Positions 21,186-32,236 are shown, counted from the first letter of the stretch. The stretch: 64,000 nt of DNA from Synechococcus sp. (GCA_047285305.1 JBJBDL010000003.1:1920001-1984000); one strand, 5' to 3'. Made by a program: numbers and translations. Notes: generated by a model not told the origin, from the letters alone.

Positions 21186-21231
21186 AGATCAGATGAAGCT
21201 TGGGAACCGACCGAGCTTATGAGTGTGACAA

Positions 21232-22926
21232 ATGATCGAAGCCGGTGTGCGGTTTGCACGCCCTGAATCAGATCCCCATCGTTCATCGCCAGACTCGTTC
21301 CATGGCAATGTCGCAACGCCATGTCGCGACAACGGTGTCCGGCCCATCGCTGAAGTGAAGTTGCTGCCCAACCGGAGTGTTGTTCCAAGCCCAACCCGGC
21401 TGGCCCTGATCCTGATCGCCTCCATCACGGGCCTGGTTGCCATCTGGCCGGTACTGACGCTGGTGAGGGAGGCCCTGACGTCTTGGCATAGCGGCTTCAG
21501 CGATCTTGGCCCCGATGGCATGCGCCAGATCGTTGGCACCATTCAGCTGCTGCTCGGAACAGCAACGCTGGGCACCTTGCTTGGCACAGCGAACGGTTGG
21601 CTGCTGTGCAACTGCCGTTTTCCTGGGCGGCAATGGCTGCGCATCGCCCAGCTGATTCCCCTGGCAGCGCCGGCCTATCTCCTCTCGGCGATCCTCGTTG
21701 ATCTGGGCAGTCGCCACAGCTGGACCATTCACGGCATGGGGTGGGGGATCGCAGTGATGACCCTGACGACCTACCCCTATGTGTTCCTGCTGAGCACTGA
21801 AAGTTTCTCAGTCAGCGGCCAGCGTCAGCTGGAGGCATGCCGGAGCCTGGGGGTCGGTCCCTGGTCAGCCTTCCGGCGTGTGGCCTTACCCATTGCACTG
21901 CCCGCGATCGGAGCCGGCGTCGCTCTCATGGGAATGGAAGTGGTCAATGAGCTGGGTGCCGTGCAGCTTCTCGGCATCCCAAGTCTCTCCGCGGGCATCC
22001 TGGAAACCTGGCAGTCCAACGGCGATCCGGCAGGCGCCATCAGCTTGGCCTTGATCACACTGGTGATCGTGTTGACGTTGGTGGTGTGTGAACGCAGCCT
22101 GCGCAGGCGCAGTCGGCGCTGGAGCGATGGTGTGGCCGGCGGAGACGCAACCGCTTGGCACCTGCATGGATTCCGTGCTGGGGTGGCGCAACTGCTCGCC
22201 GTAATCCCTCCGATCGTGAGCCTGGGCACCCCACTGCTGTGGGTCGCCAGCAACTTGGATCAGCTCCAAAGCAGTTGGAACGACGATCTGATCAGCCTGA
22301 GCGGCCGCAGTCTTTTGCTGGCTCTAGTCGCTGCTGTTTTGGCGGTAACGGCAGCGCTGGTGCTGGCCATCGCCAAACGCTGGTCCAGCGCCCCATGGCT
22401 GAAAAGCCTCACCTTCCTGGCCGGGACGGGCTACGCCATCCCCGGCACGGTGCTGGCTCTGGCGCTTTTGCTCACTGGCGCCCCCTGGCAGGTCGCCCCC
22501 TTGCTCCTGCTGCTGTGGGGCTACAGCGATCGATTTCTGGCGGTGGCGAAAGGAGGCCTGGACGCAGCCCTGGAACGGATCAGCCCGAGCCTCGATGAGG
22601 CGGCGACGGGGATGGGATCACCGTGGCAGCGCGTGCTCCAACGGGTGCATCTGCCCCTTTTGCGCGGACCGATCACCGTCGGACTGCTGCTGGTGTTCGT
22701 GGACACGGTGAAAGAGCTTCCCCTCACCTTCGCCCTGCGGCCTTTTGACTTCGACACGCTCTCAGTGCGCGTATTCCAATACGCCGGCGATGAACGATTG
22801 GCCGAAGCGATGTTGCCGGCCCTGATGATCCTCGTTCTGGGGCTGATCGCCGCCATGGCCTTGGTGCCAACGTTGGATCACGCCTCCAGACGAGAGGGCT
22901 CGTCATCCCCGCAGCAACCGCTCTGA
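21232..22926 (+). CDS. futB: Fe(III) ABC transporter permease (true start probably ~21355-21380)
   Basis: Two permease halves, YPYVFL, EACRSLG, VKELPLT..LRPFDFDTL. Confidence 0.9.
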   Translation: MIEAGVRFARPESDPHRSSPDSFHGNVATPCRDNGVRPIAEVKLLPNRSVVPSPTRLALILIASITGLVAIWPVLTLVREALTSWHSGFSDLGPDGMRQIVGTIQLLLGTATLGTLLGTANGWLLCNCRFPGRQWLRIAQLIPLAAPAYLLSAILVDLGSRHSWTIHGMGWGIAVMTLTTYPYVFLLSTESFSVSGQRQLEACRSLGVGPWSAFRRVALPIALPAIGAGVALMGMEVVNELGAVQLLGIPSLSAGILETWQSNGDPAGAISLALITLVIVLTLVVCERSLRRRSRRWSDGVAGGDATAWHLHGFRAGVAQLLAVIPPIVSLGTPLLWVASNLDQLQSSWNDDLISLSGRSLLLALVAAVLAVTAALVLAIAKRWSSAPWLKSLTFLAGTGYAIPGTVLALALLLTGAPWQVAPLLLLLWGYSDRFLAVAKGGLDAALERISPSLDEAATGMGSPWQRVLQRVHLPLLRGPITVGLLLVFVDTVKELPLTFALRPFDFDTLSVRVFQYAGDERLAEAMLPALMILVLGLIAAMALVPTLDHASRREGSSSPQQPL

Positions 22927-23895
22927 TGCATTGCGCTGGAGCAAGCCAGCACGGGTGTTGAGACGGAGCGGGAGTGTTGACCAGGAGAGCGGCCGTCCTG
23001 TGGACACGGCGTAGGTGGTTTCACGGAGGGTGCCCCTACCCCCATCGATCTCCAACAAGGTGAAGGTCTGCTGTGCTGGCGCTTCACCATGCAACAGGCG
23101 CCGGGGGCCGCTGCCCAAGGCGCCGAGCTGGATCAGATCGAGCTGGCCACGACGGCTGGAGAACCAGGTGTGGTGATGGCCACTGATGTAGGCCTGCACG
23201 CCGGCGGCATCCATCAAGGCCTGAAGTGCACCTCCCCGCTCCAACACCTCACTGGGGCGATCCTTGCCCAGACCAACCCCAGCCAGGGGGAGATGACCCA
23301 CCACAAACCGAGCATGAGCCTTTTGTGCCTTGGTGCTGGCCAACTGCTGTTGTGCCCAGAGCAGCTGATCATCAGGAACACGGGCTGAGCTGGCATCCCA
23401 GACCAGCCAGAAGATCCCGTCCTGCAGCACCGAGTAGCGAAACGGGAACTGAGAGGCATCCACAAACGCCAATCCCATCCGTGAACGGATCGGGGTCCAG
23501 AACCGACGCAAAGCGGCACGATCCTCGGGGAAACCCGGTGAACCGTCATGGTTCCCGATCGCTGGCAGTAGTGGAATGTTCGCCGCCTGAAGCCGCTGCA
23601 GAACAGACGTATCAAAGCCCCGCCACATGGCATCCAGCTGCTGACTACTGAGGCCTCGCATCTGACCCGCGACCATGTCGCCAGCACACACCACCAGATC
23701 CGGCTGCAGGCCAATGAGCTGATCCAGCCCCTGATCAACGGCAGGGATGTAGCGGGTGGAGCCATAGCTGCTGTTGAGATCGCTGATCAGCCCAACCCGT
23801 TGAACAACTCCCCTGGCGGCGCTCAAGGGCAGGGCCGCTGCCGTGAAACCGGTGCCAAGCACCAACTGCAGCATCCGGCGACGACTCAGCAACAC
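22903..23895 (-). CDS. Calcineurin-like metallophosphoesterase, Tat-type signal
   Basis: SRRRML signal; ISD, AGD, GNHD, GHHH motifs. Confidence 0.9.
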   Translation of the reverse strand: MLLSRRRMLQLVLGTGFTAAALPLSAARGVVQRVGLISDLNSSYGSTRYIPAVDQGLDQLIGLQPDLVVCAGDMVAGQMRGLSSQQLDAMWRGFDTSVLQRLQAANIPLLPAIGNHDGSPGFPEDRAALRRFWTPIRSRMGLAFVDASQFPFRYSVLQDGIFWLVWDASSARVPDDQLLWAQQQLASTKAQKAHARFVVGHLPLAGVGLGKDRPSEVLERGGALQALMDAAGVQAYISGHHHTWFSSRRGQLDLIQLGALGSGPRRLLHGEAPAQQTFTLLEIDGGRGTLRETTYAVSTGRPLSWSTLPLRLNTRAGLLQRNASERLLRG

Positions 23896-23908
23896 AACAA
23901 CACGGGGG

Positions 23909-24832
23909 TCAGCGGTGGCGTTTCAAACGTTGGCCCAGCATCCGATCGGCCACCAGTGCCCCGCTGGCAACAACATCGGCCAGGGTGGAGAGGAGTCGGT
24001 AGCTGAGAACCACCGCGAGCAACTGTGCCTCTGGCACGGCAGCACCCAAACGCAGCAGCAGGGTGGCCTCAAACACCCCGAGCCCCCCGGGGGCACCAGG
24101 CACCACCAGACCAACGGCATAGGCCAGACCAAAGGCCGCAAGCCAGGTAAATGGTGCCGGACTTTGAATGCCGAAGGCCTGCACGCTGCACCAGAACCCG
24201 GCAAAGCGGCAGAGCACAAACAGCAGCTGAAGGCCGAGGGGCCGCCAGGGATAGCCGCCGCGACCGCTTCCCTCACTTTCCAGGGGCCCACTCCAAACCG
24301 ACTGCAATTGCGCCGCCTTGGAACGCTCCAGTCGACGCAGAAGGGGCTCGCGCCAGCGGGAAATCATCAACAACGCGGGCCATGGAGCCAGCAGGGCAAG
24401 ACCCTGCTGCCATCCACCAGCAACCACAACAAGAACTGACGCCGCCACGATCAAGAGTGGATCAAGGATCACCCCGGCCAGGGCAGGGCCGCCGCCAATC
24501 GCCGGACGCAGCACCCGGACCCGCTCCACCAGATGCCAGATCCCTCCCGGTAGGTACTTGAGCAGGTTGCTCCGCACAAACAGCGGCACCACGGCAACCC
24601 CCTGGGGAGGATGTCTCAACCAGATCAGAAGGTCGCGCCAGGCCAGACCATTGATCAGGATGCTGAGCCAGGTGAGGCCCAGCCCCAGCCCCAGCCACCA
24701 CCAACCGTTGGCCACCAAGCTGAGCTGGCGAAGTTGGCCCGCCTGCTGGGCCAGAGCCACAGCGATGAAGATCAGGCTGGCCAGCGTGATCCAGAGCTTG
24801 GGTTGACGGAGAACCTTGCCCATCAGGCCCAA
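23909..24832 (-). CDS. Lysylphosphatidylglycerol synthase TM-domain (flippase-like) protein
   Basis: KYLPGG, PGAPGGLGVFE, YRLL; multiple TM segments. Confidence 0.8.
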   Translation of the reverse strand: MGLMGKVLRQPKLWITLASLIFIAVALAQQAGQLRQLSLVANGWWWLGLGLGLTWLSILINGLAWRDLLIWLRHPPQGVAVVPLFVRSNLLKYLPGGIWHLVERVRVLRPAIGGGPALAGVILDPLLIVAASVLVVVAGGWQQGLALLAPWPALLMISRWREPLLRRLERSKAAQLQSVWSGPLESEGSGRGGYPWRPLGLQLLFVLCRFAGFWCSVQAFGIQSPAPFTWLAAFGLAYAVGLVVPGAPGGLGVFEATLLLRLGAAVPEAQLLAVVLSYRLLSTLADVVASGALVADRMLGQRLKRHR

Positions 24833-26031
24833 TCTTCCGTGCTGACGAACGGCGCTAATGCAACAGCAGCCCGAAGCTCATCAAGGGAACACCCGGTGCT
24901 GGCCTGAAGAGCCTCAAGGGCATCCGCCTCGGCTTTGACGGTGCAACGGCCATCGGGGCGACGCACCTGTTTGGCAGCGACGGGGCCCCATGGCGTTTCG
25001 AGCACACCCTGCCGCCTCGGCAACACCCAGCGTCCCTGGCGCCGCTCCCGCAGGCCGATGCTGCTGCCAGCACTGAGCCAGAGGCTGCGGAGCTGATCGG
25101 CATCCCCATCCCGCACCAGAGCCGTCAGCAACTGGCCACTGCGGCCCTTTTTCATCAGCAACGGCTGCAATGCCACATCGATCGCTCCCGCATTACGCAA
25201 GCGATTCATCAACAACACAACCTCCTCTGGAGTGGCGTCATCAATCCAGGCTTCCTGCACTACCAACGACTCCCAACGGGGACCTTCCTCCGCAGTCGCG
25301 ACTGGAGTGTGCAGCACCAGGCGCACCAGGTTGGGGCGATCCAGCTGGCGGTGGCCGAGACCAACACCAACCTTTTCAGCCACCAAACGTTCAGGAGCGA
25401 CAAACTGATCCGCAAGAACCGACACCAGGGCGAGGCCAGTGGGCGTAACCAACTCTCCTTTGGGCAGATCTCCGCCCTGAATCAGAGGAATGCGGTGACG
25501 TCGTGCCAGTTCAAGCACGGCGGGAACGGGCACGGGCATCAGGCCATGGGCGGTTGCCACCGTTCCGCTCCCTGCAGGCAACGGGGAACAGACGATCCTG
25601 GCTGGATTGAGGTCGTCAATCGCCGCACAGACACCCACCACATCCACTAGGGCATCGATGGCTCCAACCTCATGGAAGTGAACGGCATCCACCGGAGTTC
25701 CATGCACGGTGGCTTCGGCTTCCGCCAGACGGGTGAACACAGCGAGCACCCGTTGTTTCAGCGATGGCGCCAAAGCAGCCGCATTGATCTGATCACGGAT
25801 CCCCGACCAATGGCGGTGGGGCGGCTGATCCTCAAGACCCTGCACATCAACGCGGATGCCTCGGAGACCGGCACTGCGCGCCTCCTGCCGAGTGAGGCGA
25901 TAACGCCCCGCCAAACCGAGGGCCGCCAGAGGCGACTCCACCACGGCCTGGTCCACACCCAGATCCAACAGTGCGGCCAGGAGCATGTCCCCTGCCAACC
26001 CTGTTGGTGCATCAATCCAAAGAGCGCTCAT
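24823..26031 (-). CDS. larC: Nickel-insertion protein LarC family
   Basis: GLAGDMLLAAL, VHFHEVGAIDALVD, ELVTPTG, MKKGR. Confidence 0.92.
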   Translation of the reverse strand: MSALWIDAPTGLAGDMLLAALLDLGVDQAVVESPLAALGLAGRYRLTRQEARSAGLRGIRVDVQGLEDQPPHRHWSGIRDQINAAALAPSLKQRVLAVFTRLAEAEATVHGTPVDAVHFHEVGAIDALVDVVGVCAAIDDLNPARIVCSPLPAGSGTVATAHGLMPVPVPAVLELARRHRIPLIQGGDLPKGELVTPTGLALVSVLADQFVAPERLVAEKVGVGLGHRQLDRPNLVRLVLHTPVATAEEGPRWESLVVQEAWIDDATPEEVVLLMNRLRNAGAIDVALQPLLMKKGRSGQLLTALVRDGDADQLRSLWLSAGSSIGLRERRQGRWVLPRRQGVLETPWGPVAAKQVRRPDGRCTVKAEADALEALQASTGCSLDELRAAVALAPFVSTEDWA

Positions 26032-26675
26032 CGCCCCAGACGCGGAGCCGCCTCCAACAGAACACCGGCCTGCTGGTCAAGCGCCTCACGCTGCTGACGC
26101 AACTGCTGCTCAACTTCACGCCGGGCGCGGCGCTGCTCCCGCTGGGCGGTGGCCACGTCATGGCCTGACAGTCCCCAAAGCCGTCCCAGCAAAGCGCGGT
26201 CATCGGCCCCTCCACGGGCCTTGCCGAAGACCACCGTCTCAGCGGCGATGCCGGCCTGAAGCACCCGGCTCCAACGGCGTAGATCCTCAAGCGGCATGCG
26301 GACGCTGTCCGGCACCGCAAACTCAGTGGCGCCGCTGCTACGCAGTCCTGCACGCACGCAGGCCAGGGTTCCAACCAGCACCTGATGAACAGGCAGTTGC
26401 TCCGCTTCAGCGATCAAAAAATGGCCCGCCTCATGCACCGCAATGCGACGCAAACGCTCCTGGCCACCGGGCAAAGCTTCGGCAATGATGTGTCCACCCA
26501 TGCCTTCCCAGGTGGCGGCATCAACACTGAGGGTGACAAGGGCACCCACAACCGCCACCACTATCCAAGCAGCAGACAGACCCAGGACAGGACCAAAAGC
26601 GCCGAGGGCGGTGATGCCGGCAACGGCCACTCCGGCCCGAAGTGCCCCCGTGGAGCCCTGCTCCCCCTCGGCCAT
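26028..26675 (-). CDS. M41-like zinc peptidase domain protein
   Basis: RIAVHEAGHFL and AGIAAE...GGADD. Confidence 0.8.
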   Translation of the reverse strand: MAEGEQGSTGALRAGVAVAGITALGAFGPVLGLSAAWIVVAVVGALVTLSVDAATWEGMGGHIIAEALPGGQERLRRIAVHEAGHFLIAEAEQLPVHQVLVGTLACVRAGLRSSGATEFAVPDSVRMPLEDLRRWSRVLQAGIAAETVVFGKARGGADDRALLGRLWGLSGHDVATAQREQRRARREVEQQLRQQREALDQQAGVLLEAAPRLGR

Positions 26676-27295
26676 CAGCTGCGAGCGCGGGAGGTGGCAC
26701 GGCCACGACCTCCCTTGGATTTGCCGCCACGCGTCGGCATCGGAGCAATCACTTCGTGATTTTCAAGGTGCAGTTCCTGGCCCTGACGGCGCAGGCCAAG
26801 ACTGACGAAGTGACGCAGGTTTTCGAGGGGAAGCTCTCCTTTGATCTGGAGTTTGAAGGGAAGCGGACGGTGGCCGTCGGCACGAGCCTGCTGTCGCACC
26901 TTCACCACCATTTCGCCGGTTTCAGGCTTGGTGAAGATCAACTCGCCTCGAACGGAGAAGAAGTCGTCCCCCTCCGGCAGGGTGTCGTAGGCATCGGCTT
27001 GATCTGGAGCCAGGGTGCTGGGTTCCCAGACCCCAGCGATCTGCAGATGCAGATGATCACTTTCACGGCTTCTGGGGTAAACGACCCAGAGGTGGGGTTG
27101 ATCCAGGGGCAGATGCCGCCGCATCAGTGTGAGCACCCGACCGAGAACGACGGTTTCCAGGGGAACCCCCTGGGCATCGGTCAAGGTGCCACGGGTAAGT
27201 TGCTCGGGGTCGGTTGGGGCGTAAGTGCCGCGCACAAGACCGATGGCCCGGTACTGCAACGGCTCTGTGACCGGGGGAATCGGATGGGCGCGCAT
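26675..27295 (-). CDS. Conserved cyanobacterial hypothetical protein
   Basis: MRAHPIPPVTEPLQYRAIGLVRG...HLWVVYPR...GVWEP; translationally adjacent to the downstream gene. Confidence 0.8.
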   Translation of the reverse strand: MRAHPIPPVTEPLQYRAIGLVRGTYAPTDPEQLTRGTLTDAQGVPLETVVLGRVLTLMRRHLPLDQPHLWVVYPRSRESDHLHLQIAGVWEPSTLAPDQADAYDTLPEGDDFFSVRGELIFTKPETGEMVVKVRQQARADGHRPLPFKLQIKGELPLENLRHFVSLGLRRQGQELHLENHEVIAPMPTRGGKSKGGRGRATSRARS

Positions 27296-27388
27296 TGATG
27301 CTGATCCGGGCGGAGTCAAAAGCCCTTTCAAAGACTGTAGCCAGCCCACTGCGATCTCCTCAGCCTGAAGTGGCTGATTCGAGATCGG

Positions 27389-28201
27389 ATGCCCAGCCCG
27401 CGCCGGATTCTGTTGCTGCTGGCGTCCATGGTGGGGACTGCACTGGTCGGTTGGATCGCCGCGGCCTCCATGGCCCCGGAAACGCAAGCGCGCAGCAGTC
27501 GCCAGGCTGAAGATCTGCAGGTTGAGCTGCTGATGCAGCAGCTCCAGGACCAGGACGAACTCAGCGAAGCAGAACGGGGCCTGCTGCTGGAACGTTTGGT
27601 GACACTGGAGCTCCTGCAAGAAGCCGAAGTGGTGCTGCAACCGTGGCTGTCTGGCCGCTCCACGCCGCGCGAACTCACCCTGTTCAAAGCCGATCTGCAA
27701 CATCGCAATAGCCAGCCCGAGGCCGCCCGGCGCAGCCTCCAACATCTGCTGCGGCTGCATCCGAATGATCTGCAGGTTCTGCAACTGCCGGTGCTCCTGG
27801 ACCAAGAGCAGGTACGTCACTGTCAGGTGACAGCAGAGCTCACCGACCGGTTCAAGGGCCTGGAACCTGGCCAGCGTTTGGAGATCGGTTTGCTTTTGGC
27901 TGATCTCCTGCGACAGACCGGATCCGATCAGACCGCGATGAGGTTGTACGGCCAGCTGGCCACAGAGAACAAGACAGATGCAAGACCCTTGCTGGCCTTG
28001 GCCCTATTGCAGCAAGAGCAAGGCAAATCGGAAGCGGTTCAAACCCTGCTCGAGCAAGCCCGAGAACGGCGGGACGCCAACGGGAGGATCTATCTCTTAA
28101 ATGATGTTGTAGCAGCACAGCTGGGATTGAGCGCAGCCCGCAGCACCGGATCAGAATCCTCCAGCGCTACGGCTTCACTGGAGGGTTCTGATAGGCCTTG
28201 A
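27389..28201 (+). CDS. TPR-like membrane-anchored protein
   Basis: N-terminal hydrophobic segment, repeated amphipathic helices. Confidence 0.65.
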   Translation: MPSPRRILLLLASMVGTALVGWIAAASMAPETQARSSRQAEDLQVELLMQQLQDQDELSEAERGLLLERLVTLELLQEAEVVLQPWLSGRSTPRELTLFKADLQHRNSQPEAARRSLQHLLRLHPNDLQVLQLPVLLDQEQVRHCQVTAELTDRFKGLEPGQRLEIGLLLADLLRQTGSDQTAMRLYGQLATENKTDARPLLALALLQQEQGKSEAVQTLLEQARERRDANGRIYLLNDVVAAQLGLSAARSTGSESSSATASLEGSDRP

Positions 28202-28451
28202 GGGCCGCATCAATGGCATCGGAGGGTGGCGTGGCGTCGTCCATGGCCGTCGCCCGTCGGATCTGGTTCAACAAATCCATGGGGTTGGCGGCATCCAGAA
28301 TTGAGCCGCTGCCACTGGTGTCGCCGAAGATCTCGCGTTCCTCGCGGTTGTGAAAGGGAGCTTCAACCTGGGCCCCTGCACCCATCGGAATCGTCGTCAC
28401 CACCAGGGAAGACAGCACAGCCTGAGCGACAGCCGCAAGACGGCGAGACAT
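28167..28451 (-). CDS. Conserved secreted hypothetical protein
   Basis: Signal peptide; ILDAANPMDLLNQIRRATAMDDATPPSDAIDAAL. Confidence 0.75.
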   Translation of the reverse strand: MSRRLAAVAQAVLSSLVVTTIPMGAGAQVEAPFHNREEREIFGDTSGSGSILDAANPMDLLNQIRRATAMDDATPPSDAIDAALKAYQNPPVKP

Positions 28452-28506
28452 CAGCGGAATATGGAGTTACCTGATGCTAAGGGTCTTTGAGGCCACTGGA
28501 TCAGCC

Positions 28507-29340
28507 GTGAAGATCGCCACCTGGAACGTGAACTCGGTCCGCACGCGATTGGATCAGGTGCTCAGCTGGCTGGAGAGCGAGCAACCGGATCTGCTCTGTC
28601 TGCAGGAAACCAAGGTGGATGACCCTCTGTTCCCGCTGGAAGCCATCAAATCTGCTGGTTGGCACGTGCACATCCATGGCCAGAAGGCCTACAACGGCGT
28701 CGCCCTGATCAGCCGCGAGCCCTTGGAGGATGTGCGCTGCGGCTTTGTTGGGGAGCTCCCGAATGATGCTGAAGCGAACGATCTCGGCGCACAGAAGCGC
28801 GTGATCAGCGCACTACTGAATGGCGTTCGCGTGCTCAACCTCTATGTCCCGAATGGATCGAGCCTGAAGTCGGAGAAATACCCCTACAAATTGGCCTGGC
28901 TCGGCTGCCTGAAGCGTTATCTCGATGCACAAGAGCAACGCGGCGAGCCGCTCTGCATGGTCGGCGACTTCAACATCGGCCTCGAAGCACGCGATCTTCC
29001 TGACCCCGACCGCCAGACCGGCGGAATCATGGCGAGCGATGCCGAACGCCAGGCCCTTCGTGACGCACTCGGTGAACGGCTTCAGGACGTGTTCCGCGTA
29101 TTCGAACCGGACTCCGGACACTGGAGCTGGTGGGACTACCGGAGCGGTGCCTGGGATCGGGACCGAGGTTGGCGCATCGACCACATCTATCTATGCGACG
29201 AGCTGTTGGGACTCGCCCGCAGCTGCGTCATCCACAAAGGCATGCGCGGCAACCAACAACCCAGCGACCACGCCCCTGTCAGCGTTGACCTCGACTGGCC
29301 TCCAACCGATGACAACGAAGAGGATGAACCGTTCTTCTGA
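28507..29340 (+). CDS. xthA: Exodeoxyribonuclease III
   Basis: IATWNVNS, LQETK, YNGVA, GDFN, SWWDYR, RIDH, SDHAP. Confidence 0.97.
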   Translation: MKIATWNVNSVRTRLDQVLSWLESEQPDLLCLQETKVDDPLFPLEAIKSAGWHVHIHGQKAYNGVALISREPLEDVRCGFVGELPNDAEANDLGAQKRVISALLNGVRVLNLYVPNGSSLKSEKYPYKLAWLGCLKRYLDAQEQRGEPLCMVGDFNIGLEARDLPDPDRQTGGIMASDAERQALRDALGERLQDVFRVFEPDSGHWSWWDYRSGAWDRDRGWRIDHIYLCDELLGLARSCVIHKGMRGNQQPSDHAPVSVDLDWPPTDDNEEDEPFF

Positions 29341-29346
29341 TCCTGT

Positions 29347-30798
29347 TCAGTAGACCTCGACGCCGGCGGGCAGCGTCACCATCCGTTTGGCCGATTCACC
29401 GCAGGTGCGCGGCGTGGGCAGCACCTTGCCGGGATTGGCACAGTTGTCTGGATCAAAAGCAGACCGCAAGAGCCCCATCGTTTCCAGGTCGTCGGGGCTG
29501 AACATCCAGTCGAGATAGCAGCGCTTGTCGGCGCCGACGCCGTGCTCTCCACTGATGCTGCCACCGGCATCAAGACACACCCGCAGGATGGCGGCACCGA
29601 GCTCCTTCACGCTCCGCTCCACGTTGGGCTGGTCCAGTGAATACAGGATCAGTGGATGAAGGTTGCCATCGCCGGCATGAAAAACGTTGGCCACAGGCAG
29701 GCCGTGCTCGTGGCTGAGCCGTTCAATCGCCGCAAGCACCGACGGAAGGCTGCTGCGGGGAACGACACCGTCTTGCACGTAATAGGTCGGCGTGATTTTT
29801 CCAACCGCTGAAAACGCAGATTTGCGGCCTTTCCAGAGCACCGCGCATTCCGTGGGGTCTTGGGCCCGACGCAGCCCACGGGCCCCTGCCGCGCGACAAA
29901 GCTCCTCAGCCCGTTCAGAAGAGGCCTGAACCTCAGCCTCCTGCCCATCAAGCTCAATCAGCAGAACAGCCGCTGCATCACGGGGGTACTCGTCGTAGCC
30001 GAAGAAATCATTGACGGCGTTGATGGTGACGTTGTCCATGATTTCCATCCCCGCCGGCAAGAGGCCGCTCGCGGTGACCGATCGCACCGCTTCCCCTGCC
30101 GCTTCCATCGTGGCGAAATCCGCCAACAGCACGTTCACGCACTCTGGAGCCCGAAGCAGGCGAAGGGTGATGGCCGTCGCGATGCCCAGCGTTCCTTCGC
30201 TGCCGATGAACGCACCACGTAGATCCAGTTCGGAGGATTCAGCCAGCCCGTTGCCCAACTGCGTGATAGTTCCGTCGGGCAGGACCACTTCAAGCCCCAG
30301 AACGTGATTGCTGGTCACGCCGTATTTGAGGCAGTGAACCCCGCCCGAATTTTCCGCCACATTGCCGCCGATGCTGCAAACCACCTGGCTGGAGGGATCC
30401 GGGGCGTAGTAAAACCCGTCACCTGCAACAGCGCGCGTCACCCAGCTGTTGATAACCCCGGGCTGCACCGTGACTCGCTGATTGGCCAGATCAAGATCGA
30501 GCACCCGACGCATGCGACTGGTCACCACCAGAAGCGCCTGCTGATCCACCAACGCTCCCCCCGAGAGGCCGGTGCCGCTTCCACGAGCCACAAACGGCAC
30601 ACCGTGTCGATGGCAGCACTGCAACACCGCAGCGACCTGTTCTGTGGTCTCCGGCAGCACCGCCAGGGGCGGACAGTGGCGCTCAAGCGTCAGTCCGTCA
30701 CAGTCGTAACTGAGCAGTTCCTGACGCTTCGCCACGATGGCCCGAGGGGGCAGACATCGGTGCAGATCCCTCTCCAGCACTGACCAGTCGTGGGCCAC
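29347..30798 (-). CDS. glcD: Glycolate oxidase FAD-linked subunit
   Basis: RGSGTGLSGG, PDPSS, GGVHCLKYG, HAGDGNLHP, SGEHGVG. Confidence 0.93.
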   Translation of the reverse strand: MAHDWSVLERDLHRCLPPRAIVAKRQELLSYDCDGLTLERHCPPLAVLPETTEQVAAVLQCCHRHGVPFVARGSGTGLSGGALVDQQALLVVTSRMRRVLDLDLANQRVTVQPGVINSWVTRAVAGDGFYYAPDPSSQVVCSIGGNVAENSGGVHCLKYGVTSNHVLGLEVVLPDGTITQLGNGLAESSELDLRGAFIGSEGTLGIATAITLRLLRAPECVNVLLADFATMEAAGEAVRSVTASGLLPAGMEIMDNVTINAVNDFFGYDEYPRDAAAVLLIELDGQEAEVQASSERAEELCRAAGARGLRRAQDPTECAVLWKGRKSAFSAVGKITPTYYVQDGVVPRSSLPSVLAAIERLSHEHGLPVANVFHAGDGNLHPLILYSLDQPNVERSVKELGAAILRVCLDAGGSISGEHGVGADKRCYLDWMFSPDDLETMGLLRSAFDPDNCANPGKVLPTPRTCGESAKRMVTLPAGVEVY

Positions 30799-30934
30799 AT
30801 CGATCTCGATCTGATCAAAGACTACGCATCAAAATGCGTGGGAAGTGGGCAATTAAGAAACACAGCAAACGGAACAGGTCGTTCCTGAGTCAGGATGTTG
30901 CACGGTTTGCATCAGCCCTTTGGCGTCGGTTCCA

Positions 30935-32236
30935 GTGACAGCTCCCGCGTTGAACACCAGCCACTCCCAGGCCATCTTCGGCGCAGCACAGGCCCTGATG
31001 CCCGGAGGTGTCAGCTCCCCTGTGCGGGCGTTCAAGTCTGTTGGCGGTCAGCCGATCGTGTTCGATCGGGTGAAGGGTCCCTATGCCTGGGACGTGGATG
31101 GCAATAAGTACATTGACTACATCGGGAGCTGGGGGCCGGCCATCTGCGGCCACGCCCACCCCGAGGTGATCGCAGCACTACAGGAAGCGATCGAAAAGGG
31201 CACCAGCTTCGGAGCACCTTGTGCCCTGGAAAACACCCTTGCCGAAATGGTGATCGACGCTGTACCCAGCGTTGAGATGGTGCGATTCGTCAACAGCGGC
31301 ACCGAGGCCTGCATGGCTGTGTTGCGCCTGATCCGTGCCTACACCGGCCGCGACAAGGTGATCAAGTTCGAGGGCTGCTACCACGGCCATGCGGACATGT
31401 TCCTGGTGAAAGCCGGTTCCGGTGTGGCCACACTTGGCCTGCCAGACTCCCCCGGGGTCCCGCGCAGCACCACGGCCAACACCCTTACCGCGCCTTACAA
31501 CGACCTCGAAGCTGTTAAGGCCCTGTTCGCCGAGAACCCCGACGCCATCGCAGGCGTTATCCTCGAGCCGATCGTCGGCAACGCCGGCTTCATTCAACCC
31601 GAACCCGGCTTCCTTGAAGGTTTGCGGGAACTCACCAAAGAGCACGGCGCTCTGCTGGTGTTCGACGAGGTGATGACCGGCTTCCGGATCAGTTACGGCG
31701 GTGCCCAGGCGCATTTCGGCGTCACCCCAGATCTCACGACCATGGGCAAGGTGATCGGTGGCGGCCTTCCCGTGGGCGCCTACGGCGGCCGCGCCGACAT
31801 CATGGGAATGGTGGCCCCTGCTGGCCCGATGTATCAAGCCGGAACCCTCAGTGGTAACCCCCTGGCGATGACCGCCGGCATCAAGACCCTGGAACTGCTC
31901 AAGCAGCCCGGCACTTACGAGAAATTGACGGCCACAACCCAGAAGCTTGTGGCAGGCATCAAGGACGCCGCCCAATCAGCTGGTATGCCGATCACGGCGG
32001 CCAGCGTCAGCGCCATGTTCGGCTTCTTCCTGTGCGAGGGACCCGTGCGCAATTTTGAAGAAGCCAAGAGTACGGATTCAGAACGTTTCGGCAAACTGCA
32101 TCGCGCCATGCTCGAGCGAGGCATCTACCTCGCACCGTCAGCGTTCGAAGCCGGTTTCACGTCCCTGGCTCACTCCGATGCCGACATCGAAGCCACGATC
32201 AACGCCTTCCGCGAAAGCTTCGCGGCTGTGGCCTGA
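30935..32236 (+). CDS. hemL: Glutamate-1-semialdehyde aminotransferase
   Basis: [45 protein letters not shown]. Confidence 0.98.
   Translation: MTAPALNTSHSQAIFGAAQALMPGGVSSPVRAFKSVGGQPIVFDRVKGPYAWDVDGNKYIDYIGSWGPAICGHAHPEVIAALQEAIEKGTSFGAPCALENTLAEMVIDAVPSVEMVRFVNSGTEACMAVLRLIRAYTGRDKVIKFEGCYHGHADMFLVKAGSGVATLGLPDSPGVPRSTTANTLTAPYNDLEAVKALFAENPDAIAGVILEPIVGNAGFIQPEPGFLEGLRELTKEHGALLVFDEVMTGFRISYGGAQAHFGVTPDLTTMGKVIGGGLPVGAYGGRADIMGMVAPAGPMYQAGTLSGNPLAMTAGIKTLELLKQPGTYEKLTATTQKLVAGIKDAAQSAGMPITAASVSAMFGFFLCEGPVRNFEEAKSTDSERFGKLHRAMLERGIYLAPSAFEAGFTSLAHSDADIEATINAFRESFAAVA

Noticed and set aside
21186..21330. Possible ferritin remnant between futC and futB (minus-strand ..AMNDGDLIQGVQ..)
   Set aside because: Similarity is too short to support by eye; needs tBLASTn
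24823..26031. larC without larA/larB/larE nearby
   Set aside because: Dispersed lar genes are common in cyanobacteria; not novel
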